A stretch of DNA of 32,000 nucleotides, from the NCBI RefSeq assembly GCF_001457595.1, contig NZ_LN831039.1:1710001-1742000 (forward strand). Direction: 5' to 3'. The notes beneath the pieces are model-generated. The model was not told the origin of the DNA and did no database searches. It saw only the letters and a list, made by a program, of their open reading frames with translations. Shown here piece after piece: positions 14,643-22,245 of this stretch. The position numbers were made by a program, and so were the translations under genes. How positions within the stretch are numbered: position 1 is the first letter of the stretch; each line of letters opens with the position of its first letter. Source of the DNA: Mycolicibacterium smegmatis. GTDB lineage: Bacteria; Actinomycetota; Actinomycetes; Mycobacteriales; Mycobacteriaceae.

Positions 14643-16067
14643 GTGCCCGAATCCTTCGACGCGGCAACGATCCTCGCACCCGGTCGCGAAATCCTCGACA
14701 TCTTCACCGAGTACGTGACGGCATGCCGCATACTCGGCCACCACCACCATGACCTGACGCGGTTGCACGAGTGGTACGACACCGAGGACGGTCTGGACCT
14801 GCGGGCGATCGAGGGCGACCAGCGCGCACTGAGAGCGGCCGCGCAGGCGGCTGAGCAGGCACTGAGCCTGCAGGACAAGCAGTTACGTCTCGTCGACGAC
14901 GGCTGGCAGGGGGGTGCCGCGCTGGCCGCGCGCGAGCACCTGGCCCGCCATCAGACCGCTGCAGGGCACACCGTCACCGCGCTGCACACGGCGGCTGTGA
15001 CACTGAACCGGTTGCGGGACAGCCTGTGTGAGGCCTTGACGCGTAAGGTCACCGCGACCGTGCAGATCGAAGGGCGACGCGGAGCGCAACGTGCCGAGTG
15101 GTTGGCCGCCGCGCGCACCGTGACCGCGGGCATGGCGGGGGATCGCTCCGCGGCCAGTGAGTTGATCGATCAGGAGGTCCGACCGTTCGTCGCCGACGAC
15201 ATCGCCGGCGACTGGATAGCGGCCATGCGGTCGGCGACGGATGCGGTGGCCGACGCCTACGCCGACGCGGTGGCCGCGCTGCGTGCGGGTCCGATACCCG
15301 TGTTCGGCCCGGCCCTGCGGCTCGATGCGGTGAGAATCGGTGCGACGCCGGCTCACGAACCACGGCCTGCGTTCGAGCGGACGATTCCTGCCGGACACTC
15401 GGCCGCCGAGATCTCCTGGCCGACAGCACCACCCGCTGCACCGCCGGTGCTCGCAGCGCCTGCACCGCCGAGCGTCGAGGTCGCACGGCCTGCTGAGGTG
15501 AGCGCCGAGGTCGCACCGCCTGCCGAGGTGACACCGCCCGCCGCGGCTGGTCAATCCACGGCACTGCCAGGGATGGGAGGTGTCGCCGACCCGGGACTGG
15601 GCGGCGTGGGTTCCGGGCTGAGTTCGGGTGTCGGCTCCGGGCTCGCGGGTGCCGGGCAGCAACTGGCCGACTTGTTCGGCGGGCTGATCGGCTCGGCGGC
15701 TGAAGGACTCCCGGAGGCCGACGTGCTCGATGGGGCGCCTGCCGACGGACTGGACGACCTCGACGACCCTGAAGAGCCCGAAGAACTCAGCGATCCCGAA
15801 GAAGAGGAGACCGCTGAGGAGGAACCTGCCGACGAGGAACCTGCCGACGAGAGCATCGACGAGGCCACAGGCGAGGCCACGGGCGAGCCGGCAGAAGCCG
15901 CCGAGATCGAAGAGGAACCCGTCGACGCCCCGGAAATCGTTGAGCCACAGAAAGAGCCACCTGAACCGGTCGCGCCGCCGTCTCCGATCACGGAACCACT
16001 GGCGCAGCCCGAAGGCGAGACGCCATGTGAGATCGCCGCCGACGAGCTACCACAGGTGGGGTCTTAG
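14643..16067 (+). CDS. Ala/Pro-rich protein with an N-terminal helical WxG-containing domain and a strongly acidic C-terminal tail; expected counterpart of Rv3439c
   Basis: 474-aa ORF whose GTG directly abuts the stop of the preceding gene. W88-Q-G90 (nt 14904-14912) occurs in LRLVDDGWQGGAALAAREHL. The middle is Pro/Ala-rich. The tail is DDLDDPEEPEELSDPEEEETAEEEPADEEPADESIDEATGEATGEPAEAAEIEEEPVD. Confidence 0.7.
   Translation: MPESFDAATILAPGREILDIFTEYVTACRILGHHHHDLTRLHEWYDTEDGLDLRAIEGDQRALRAAAQAAEQALSLQDKQLRLVDDGWQGGAALAAREHLARHQTAAGHTVTALHTAAVTLNRLRDSLCEALTRKVTATVQIEGRRGAQRAEWLAAARTVTAGMAGDRSAASELIDQEVRPFVADDIAGDWIAAMRSATDAVADAYADAVAALRAGPIPVFGPALRLDAVRIGATPAHEPRPAFERTIPAGHSAAEISWPTAPPAAPPVLAAPAPPSVEVARPAEVSAEVAPPAEVTPPAAAGQSTALPGMGGVADPGLGGVGSGLSSGVGSGLAGAGQQLADLFGGLIGSAAEGLPEADVLDGAPADGLDDLDDPEEPEELSDPEEEETAEEEPADEEPADESIDEATGEATGEPAEAAEIEEEPVDAPEIVEPQKEPPEPVAPPSPITEPLAQPEGETPCEIAADELPQVGS
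15477..15536 (+). repeat. In-frame tandem duplication, 2 x 30 bp (24/30 identical) inside the Ala/Pro-rich gene
   Basis: GAGGTCGCACGGCCTGCTGAGGTGAGCGCC / GAGGTCGCACCGCCTGCCGAGGTGACACCG, encoding EVARPAEVSA / EVAPPAEVTP. Confidence 0.8.
15819..15848 (+). repeat. Perfect in-frame tandem duplication, 2 x 15 bp (GAGGAACCTGCCGAC), encoding EEPAD-EEPAD
   Basis: Read directly. It is followed by a near-perfect 2 x 12 bp repeat, GAGGCCACAGGC/GAGGCCACGGGC, at 15861-15884 (EATG-EATG). Confidence 0.9.
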
Positions 16068-16954
16068 ACGGTCTCGTCGCGGCACGCCAGCGCGGCGGTG
16101 ATGAACTCGTCGCGCACTGGATTGTCGGTGGCCGCGTTCCAGATCAGCGTCACCCGGTTGGGTGGCAGGCCCTCGACCGGTACTGCGCGAACATCGGGCC
16201 TGCGGTAGAAGTCTGTCGTCGACCGCGGCATCACCACGAATCCCTCACGCGCGGCCACATGTTCGAGTTTGTCCTCGACGGTGTGGACAGCGGTCGGCGG
16301 CGGCGCCCAGCGCTGTCCGGGTGCGGCGGTACGCCGGACTTCCGCCAGGATGGCGGGATCCTGCAGCAGCAACCGGTCGGCCAGGTCGTCCATCGTCAGC
16401 GATGGCCGCGTGGCCAGCGGATCGTCGGCGGGAAGCACAGCGAAGTACTGCTCCTGCAGCAGCGGTGCCGAGCCGAGGCCGGGGGTGTTGCCGTCGACCT
16501 CACGGGCGTAGACCACGTCGACGTCGCCGCTGCGAACCGACTCGACCTGTTCGGCCCAGCTCACCTGCCGCACGATGGCGCGCCGGCCCGGTCCTGCGGC
16601 TTCGAACGCCGCTGCGGCCGCGGTGGCCCGTAGCCCGGGCATCACGCCCACGGTGACCGTGCGACTCGGCGAAGCTGCTTGAAAAAGCCTTTGTTGCAAG
16701 GCCTTCGCGTCGTCGAGAAGTACCTTGGCATCCTGGAGCAGCTGGGCGCCCGCCGCGCTCAGCTGGGTTCCGTTGGAGCCCCGGACGAACAGTTGCACAC
16801 CGAGTTCGTTCTCGAAAGCGCGGATCTGCCGTGACAGCACGGGTTGGGCGATGTGCAGTCGCTGGGCGGCACGACCGAAGTTCAGCTCTTCGGCGACCGC
16901 GACGAAATAGCGCAGCTTGCGCAGGTCGAGGTCGCGGCTCGGCGATGGGGCCAT
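16064..16954 (-). CDS. LysR-family transcriptional regulator
   Basis: 296-aa ORF. LRKLRYFVAVAEELNFGRAAQRLHIAQPVLSRQIRAFENELGVQLFVR is the LysR wHTH. It is divergent from the SDR gene, and its stop overlaps the convergent 14643..16067 gene by 4 nt. Confidence 0.9.
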   Translation of the reverse strand: MAPSPSRDLDLRKLRYFVAVAEELNFGRAAQRLHIAQPVLSRQIRAFENELGVQLFVRGSNGTQLSAAGAQLLQDAKVLLDDAKALQQRLFQAASPSRTVTVGVMPGLRATAAAAAFEAAGPGRRAIVRQVSWAEQVESVRSGDVDVVYAREVDGNTPGLGSAPLLQEQYFAVLPADDPLATRPSLTMDDLADRLLLQDPAILAEVRRTAAPGQRWAPPPTAVHTVEDKLEHVAAREGFVVMPRSTTDFYRRPDVRAVPVEGLPPNRVTLIWNAATDNPVRDEFITAALACRDETV

Positions 16955-17025
16955 ACCGTCAGGGTATCGCCGGACGACGAAAAGAGTCTTGGACGAGCCC
17001 GGACACCGCGACCGACAGTGGAGGC

Positions 17026-17742
17026 ATGAACCTCAAGAATGCACGAGTACTCCTCGTCGGCGGAACCTCCGGCATCGGACTGGGGGTGGCGACGGCGGTG
17101 GCCGAGCGTGGCGGTGTCCCGATCGTCGCATCCCGCAACCAGGCCAGTGTCGACCGCGCCCTGAGCACGTTGCCCGATGGTGCGCGCGGTCTCACGGTCG
17201 ATCTGACCGATCCCGCCGCGCTGGCAGGCTTCGCCGCCCAGGTCGGGCCGATCGAACACCTGGTGTTCACCGCGGGTGAGGCGTTGCAGATGTATCCGCT
17301 CGCCGACATCACCGCCGAGGCCATTCGTGACCTGTTCGGCACCCGGTTCGCCGGGCAACTGCAGACCGTGCGCGCCTTCGCACCGCGCATCACCGCTGGT
17401 GGGTCGATCACGCTGACCAGTGGTACGGCCGCCGACAAGCCAGACCTGGGTGTGCTGCCCGCCGCGGTGTGCGGCGCGGTCAGCGCGATGACGCGGGCGT
17501 TGGCCGTGGAACTGGCACCGTTGCGGGTCAACGCCGTCGCCCCCGGACCGATCGACACCCCGCTGTGGTCGGCGCTCGCCCCCGAGGGGCGCGATGCGCT
17601 CTATGCGCAGTACGCACAACAACTTCCGGCGGGCCGGATGGGTGCGGTGACCGACACCGCGGTGGCCTACACCTATCTCATGGAGCAGGAGTTCGGTACC
17701 GGGCAGGTGCTGACAGTCGACGGTGGAGGCACCCTGGTGTGA
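17026..17742 (+). CDS. SDR-family oxidoreductase, atypical (no YxxxK)
   Basis: In-frame part of ORF 16831..17742; ATG at 17026 follows GTGGAGG. It has the Rossmann motif VGGTSGIGLG and ELAPLRVNAVAPGPIDTP. The position where Tyr/Lys are expected reads PAAVCGAVSAMTR. Confidence 0.8.
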   Translation: MNLKNARVLLVGGTSGIGLGVATAVAERGGVPIVASRNQASVDRALSTLPDGARGLTVDLTDPAALAGFAAQVGPIEHLVFTAGEALQMYPLADITAEAIRDLFGTRFAGQLQTVRAFAPRITAGGSITLTSGTAADKPDLGVLPAAVCGAVSAMTRALAVELAPLRVNAVAPGPIDTPLWSALAPEGRDALYAQYAQQLPAGRMGAVTDTAVAYTYLMEQEFGTGQVLTVDGGGTLV

Positions 17743-17754
17743 ACCCGGCGGTGC

Positions 17755-19230
17755 TCACGCCGGGGTGGCGACCCGCGGCGTATAGCAGCCGTGGAACGTG
17801 AGCGGCAGATGGTGTCGAAGCCGGCCCTGGTAGACCGGTCCGGCCTCGATGTCCTTGGCCTCCAGGATGATCAGGCTCGCGATGTTCTCCACGCCGTCGA
17901 TCACCGGCACCAGCAGCCAGCCGTCGTCCTCGTCCACCCCGTCGGAGTGCGCCGCGAAGATCGCCTCGTGTGGCAGGTGACCATCGGGTAGTCGGTACAC
18001 CGTCTCCTTGCCAGTGGTGTTGTCGATCTTGGCCACCGCGTTGGGATAGATGTCGCCGCCCAAGGCCGCCGAGAGATACGTGTAGCGGTTCTGCGATGCC
18101 ATGGTCTTGACGTTGAGCATCGGGAACTCGCAGTACAGATCGGTGATCGGCTCGCGGCTCACGTGACCTGACGGCGTGATCCGCAGGCGCGTCAATTGGC
18201 CGCCGTAGGGCATGGTGGCCGTCTGCGCCAGCGTCGGGACCAAGGACAGCTGTCCGTTGAGTTCCTGCCAGCTGGAGTGGTAGTCGACCAGTTCGACGAC
18301 CGTATCTCGGCCATCCTCATAGGCATTCGACAGATGCAGGTGCAGCGACGGGTCGGTGTGCAGGATGCGGGGCCTGCCGCCGTCGCGGGGCACCAGGGCG
18401 ATCATGGTGCCCTGCGTGGCGTCGTAGTCGATGGCATCGATAAAGTTGCGCACACCGATTCCCGCCTCGAGGGACCTGCGCAACGGGAAGACGAGGGGAG
18501 GTATGACGAACACCATGTGGTGATGCGTCAGGCCGACATCGTGGTTGAACATCGGACGCGGCAACGGGACGTGGCCCAGGCGATGCAGCCTGCCGGTACG
18601 GTCGACGCGGTAGCAGATGAGTTTGGGCGTCGGGAACATCGCCAACCCGAAGTTGAACATGTCGCCGGTGGCGAAGTCCCACTTGGGATGTGCCGAGAAC
18701 GCGCCCAGCCACTTCAGGCCGCCGTCGAAATCGTGCGCGCCGAGAGTGTCGAGAGTGTCGGGGTGGATCCGGGTGGGACGGCCGCCTTCCCAGAGCGCAA
18801 GGAGTTTCCCGGCGTGCATGACGACGCCGGTGTTGGCCACGTTGGCCGGCAGTCGCAGCGCGTTGGCGAGTTTCCCTCCGGGACGCATCGTCCCGAGTGC
18901 GCGGTACGGAGCGCCTTTGGACGCCAACGATTTCTCGTAGTGTTTGGTGCGGACATAGCGATTGCGGAAGCGCACCGTGCCGTCGGACATCACGAACATC
19001 GACAGCATGCCGTCGCCGTCGAACAGGTGCCCCAGTTGTTGACCGCCCGCGTCGAGCTTGCCCGGCCCGTTGCGGTACAGGGTGCCGCGCAGCGCGTCGG
19101 GAAGTGCGCCTTCGACGTCGTCGATGGTGTAGTCGTACTCCTCGTACAACGACGTGTTGTAGGGCGAATACGGGGAGAACGTGCCTTCGGTGACGTCGCT
19201 GGGAGCGAGACGGGGAGGGCTCCTGTGCAT
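17755..19230 (-). CDS. Carotenoid/apocarotenoid (or stilbene) cleavage oxygenase, RPE65/CCO family
   Basis: 491-aa ORF with RBS GGGAGG. LRGTLYRNGPG...GHLFDGDGMLS..., FSAHPKWD, FNHDVGLT and the C-terminal HHLPLTFHG provide the conserved iron-ligand His environments of CCOs. Confidence 0.9.
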   Translation of the reverse strand: MHRSPPRLAPSDVTEGTFSPYSPYNTSLYEEYDYTIDDVEGALPDALRGTLYRNGPGKLDAGGQQLGHLFDGDGMLSMFVMSDGTVRFRNRYVRTKHYEKSLASKGAPYRALGTMRPGGKLANALRLPANVANTGVVMHAGKLLALWEGGRPTRIHPDTLDTLGAHDFDGGLKWLGAFSAHPKWDFATGDMFNFGLAMFPTPKLICYRVDRTGRLHRLGHVPLPRPMFNHDVGLTHHHMVFVIPPLVFPLRRSLEAGIGVRNFIDAIDYDATQGTMIALVPRDGGRPRILHTDPSLHLHLSNAYEDGRDTVVELVDYHSSWQELNGQLSLVPTLAQTATMPYGGQLTRLRITPSGHVSREPITDLYCEFPMLNVKTMASQNRYTYLSAALGGDIYPNAVAKIDNTTGKETVYRLPDGHLPHEAIFAAHSDGVDEDDGWLLVPVIDGVENIASLIILEAKDIEAGPVYQGRLRHHLPLTFHGCYTPRVATPA

Positions 19231-19251
19231 GAGTGCCTCCCAACTTCATTA

Positions 19252-19265
19252 ATTGGTCGACCAAT
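19252..19265. promoter_or_regulatory. Perfect 14-bp palindrome ATTGGTCGACCAAT in an AT-rich patch; candidate TetR operator
   Basis: Read directly. It lies 22 nt upstream of the oxygenase start codon, in the 242-nt divergent region shared with the TetR gene. Confidence 0.45.
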
Positions 19266-19472
19266 ATAATAATGCCGCCGCGCCGGTGTGTACAGCTTTC
19301 GCGCGGCACCCACCGCAGACGCACTCGTGCTCGTGGGCGGTCAGATGCGTTGCCGGCCCGACGGAACCGGGTGGTAAACGGGTCTTCGCCTGTTCTCGGG
19401 CCGTCTCTGACGGTGATGTTGACAACCGTCGTGGTCGCCCAGTTTGTGCGGCATGTGGGTGAAGATGGAGAA

Positions 19473-20096
19473 ATGAGGCAGACCAGGGCCGCCAGATCGG
19501 GGCCGGGACGTCCAGCAGGCACCGACAGTGTCGACACGCGGCAACGCGTGATCGACGCGGCCTGTCGCTGTTTCGCGCAGTACGGCTACGGGCCGGCAAC
19601 CAACAATCAGATTGCCGAGATGGCCGGTGTGACAGCGGGTTCGGTCTATTACCACTTCGGCACCAAGAACAAGTTGTTCGAGGCCGTGTGTGACGACGTC
19701 TACGGCAAGATCCTCACCCGGGTCATGCTGGCCGTCTCCGGATCGCATTCGGTGGTCGGCTTGCTGCGGGCGGTGTTGACCGAGTCGATGCGAATCAACC
19801 ACGAGTCGCCCGAGCTGGCCGGTTTCGTCGCGACTGCGCCCATCGATGCGCGCAGACACCGCGAGCTCGCGGAATCGTTCGCCACACAGGGTGCGCGCAT
19901 GGCCGACGCGCTGACCGACGCGGTGCGGTCGGGGCAGGACGCCGGCGACATCGCCGCCGATCTCGATCCGGTGCGTGTCGCACGCCTGATCAGCGCCGTC
20001 GTCGACGGGTTCGCGCATGCGGCGGTCTCTGCCGACCCCGACGAGATGGACAATATGAACGAGCTTTTCCAGTCGCTGCTGCTCGACACCACATAG
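19473..20096 (+). CDS. TetR/AcrR-family transcriptional regulator
   Basis: In-frame part of ORF 19233..20096; ATG at 19473 follows GATGGAG. RQRVIDAACRCFAQYGYGPATNNQIAEMAGVTAGSVYYHFGTKNKLFEAV is the TetR HTH. Confidence 0.88.
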   Translation: MRQTRAARSGPGRPAGTDSVDTRQRVIDAACRCFAQYGYGPATNNQIAEMAGVTAGSVYYHFGTKNKLFEAVCDDVYGKILTRVMLAVSGSHSVVGLLRAVLTESMRINHESPELAGFVATAPIDARRHRELAESFATQGARMADALTDAVRSGQDAGDIAADLDPVRVARLISAVVDGFAHAAVSADPDEMDNMNELFQSLLLDTT

Positions 20097-20123
20097 GCAC
20101 TCGGGCAACGCCGTTGGCATCAC

Positions 20124-21164
20124 CTACCGCGTGAGCGCCACCAGCTCCTCGCAGAACCGCACGGCTTCGGCCGTATCGGTCGCGATTGGGTGCACCAGTA
20201 GCGTCGTCACGCCGGACTCGGCGTAGGCCGCCAGCCGTTCCTTGACGAAACCCCTTGGCCCGACCAGCGATACATTGCGCACCAGGTCGTCGGGCACGGC
20301 CGCGATCGCCTCGGCCTTCTTGCCCGCCAGGTACAGGTCCTGGATCTGATCGGCGACCTCACCGTAGCCGTAGCGGGTGGCGAGGTTGTGGTAGAAGTTC
20401 TTTCCGCGTGCGCCCATGCCGCCGATGTACAGCGCCAGTTGTGGTTTCGCCCAGGCCAACCGGTCGTCGACGTCGTCGCCGATCGCGAGGCTCGCGCTCA
20501 CCACGACGTCGAGCGGGCCGAGGTCCGGGTCCCGTTTGGCCGCACCCGCGCGCAGCGCATCGCCCCATACGTCGTCGGCCTTTTCCGGGAAGTAGAACAC
20601 CGGCTGCCAGCCCTCGGCGATCTCGGCGGTCAGTTCCACGTTCTTGGGTCCGAGCGCGGCTATCGTGATCGGGATACGTTCGCGCACCGGGTGATTGATC
20701 AGGTGCAGCGACTTGCCCAGGCCCGTGCCCCGTTCGGCGGGCAGAGGCAGTTGGTAGTACCTGCCGTCGAAATCGACGTTCTCGCGCCGCCACACCTGCC
20801 TGCAGATCTCGACCACCTCGCGCGTGCGTCCCAGCGGCGCGTCGAACGGGACGCCGTGGAAGCCCTCCACGACCTGCGGGCCCGAGGTGCCGATGCCCAG
20901 GCGGAACCGTCCGTCGGAGACGTAGTCGACGCCCGCGGCCGTCATCGCCAGAAGCGAGGGCGTGCGCGTGTAGATCGGCACCACGCCGGTGCCGAGTTCG
21001 ATCGTGGAGGTCTTGGCGGCCAGGTATCCGAGCTGGCTGATCGCGTCGAAGGAGTAGGCCTCGGCGACCAGTGCGATGTCGACGCCCACCTTCTCGAGCT
21101 CGACCACCTGATCGGCCGCCTCTTTGAAACCGCCCGCATAACTCAGGAAGATGCCGGTCCGCAT
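20124..21164 (-). CDS. Luciferase-like (LLM class) F420-dependent oxidoreductase; alternative start at 21203
   Basis: ORF 20124..21203(-). Homologues as I recall them start MR.G.F, so ATG at 21164 is preferred. MRTGIFLSYAGG...GRFRLGIGTSGPQVVEGFHGVPF...HPVRERIPITIAALGPKN is typical of the LLM F420 family. Confidence 0.8.
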   Translation of the reverse strand: MRTGIFLSYAGGFKEAADQVVELEKVGVDIALVAEAYSFDAISQLGYLAAKTSTIELGTGVVPIYTRTPSLLAMTAAGVDYVSDGRFRLGIGTSGPQVVEGFHGVPFDAPLGRTREVVEICRQVWRRENVDFDGRYYQLPLPAERGTGLGKSLHLINHPVRERIPITIAALGPKNVELTAEIAEGWQPVFYFPEKADDVWGDALRAGAAKRDPDLGPLDVVVSASLAIGDDVDDRLAWAKPQLALYIGGMGARGKNFYHNLATRYGYGEVADQIQDLYLAGKKAEAIAAVPDDLVRNVSLVGPRGFVKERLAAYAESGVTTLLVHPIATDTAEAVRFCEELVALTR

Positions 21165-21214
21165 CACCGTGTTATACACCCAACCGGTTGGTTGAGGAAG
21201 CATCAGGCTTCAGG

Positions 21215-22066
21215 TCAGGGCTTCAGCATCGCGACGACCCTATCCTCCAACGCCGCCGCGTCCTCGGCGGGGTCGGCGGTCACGGCGTGCGGAAGCGCCA
21301 CCTCGGGATCGGCGAAATCGCGATAGGTCTTGTCACCGGCCAGCGTGGCCAGAAGGAAACCGGTCAGCAGGGCCCGGACCCGCTTCTGGGTGCCCTTGTC
21401 CGCCCCGGGCAGACCGACGAACTTGGCCAGGCGCCGTCCCTCTACCAGGCCGCCGGCCTCGACGTCGTCGACCGCGCGCAGCGTCGCATCCGGCCACGCC
21501 CGCGCCAACTCGACCGCGTTCGAGCGCAGCGTCATGCGGTCACCCGGATCGGTGAGCACCAGACCCGGGATCCTCAGCCCCGCCGCGGGCTGCTCGGCCG
21601 GCGGCTTGGTGACGGTGGGGAACAGGGCGGCGACGGTTTTCGGCGCGTTGGGCGCCGAGGCCAGGCCCGCCGCGGCGAACACTGCCGCCGACGCGCCGAA
21701 CCCGTGCCCCACCAGACCCCGCTTCGCCGGGTGGACGCTGATCTTTCCCTGGCCCAGGCGGACACCGCTGACGATGTCGAGCGCCGAACCCAGGTCGAAC
21801 GCGAAGTTCAGCACCGACGGCAGCGGCCCGGTCTCGGTGTTGGGTGCGGCCGCGACGATGCCCCAGGACGCCAGGTGCTCCAGCGTGCCTGCGTAGTTGT
21901 CGGCCTTGGTGATCCAGTCGTGGCCGAACGCGACACCGGGAAGGTTGAAGCCGGACTCGGGCGTGTAGATGACGCCGGGCAGGCCGGCGAACGCCAGATC
22001 GCCGCGCAGGACGCGGTGCGGTCCACGGCGGGTCAACGCAGAAAAGAGCTTCTTCGTGCTGGCCAC
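21215..22066 (-). CDS. Alpha/beta-hydrolase-fold (dienelactone hydrolase/chlorophyllase-like) protein with G-H-G-F-G in place of the G-x-S-x-G nucleophile elbow
   Basis: 283-aa ORF. PGVAFGHDW...GIVAAAPN...RGLVGHGFGASAAVFAAA has the architecture of the family, but the nucleophile position is Gly. It is divergent from glmS and lies upstream of, and on the same strand as, the LLM gene. Confidence 0.6.
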   Translation of the reverse strand: MASTKKLFSALTRRGPHRVLRGDLAFAGLPGVIYTPESGFNLPGVAFGHDWITKADNYAGTLEHLASWGIVAAAPNTETGPLPSVLNFAFDLGSALDIVSGVRLGQGKISVHPAKRGLVGHGFGASAAVFAAAGLASAPNAPKTVAALFPTVTKPPAEQPAAGLRIPGLVLTDPGDRMTLRSNAVELARAWPDATLRAVDDVEAGGLVEGRRLAKFVGLPGADKGTQKRVRALLTGFLLATLAGDKTYRDFADPEVALPHAVTADPAEDAAALEDRVVAMLKP

Positions 22067-22245
22067 CCGATGACGTTAACCCACACCTGTGCCCGGTCAG
22101 GTTCCCGAGCGCGAAGTTGCCGCCCCGACCGGTGACCACGGTCACGCCGTGACCGGCGCCATCCGGCGCTGATCCGGCAAGGAACCGGGGGAGCGACCCG
22201 GCGGCGCTCCGGACGTTCGGACGCCCTGCACTACCCTGGTTCACT

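Noticed and set aside
14730-14745. Run of four His codons (GHHHHD) near the N-terminus of the 474-aa protein as a metal-binding site
   Set aside because: A single short His run with no surrounding motif. It cannot be distinguished from chance composition.
22067-22245. Possible glmS ribozyme or riboswitch in the 179-nt region upstream of glmS. It contains small palindromes such as GTGACC-ac-GGTCAC.
   Set aside because: The glmS ribozyme is, to my knowledge, a Firmicutes/Deinococcus feature. I cannot recognise its conserved core here. The region is also the divergent promoter region shared with the 21215..22066 gene. An Rfam RF00234 scan would settle it.
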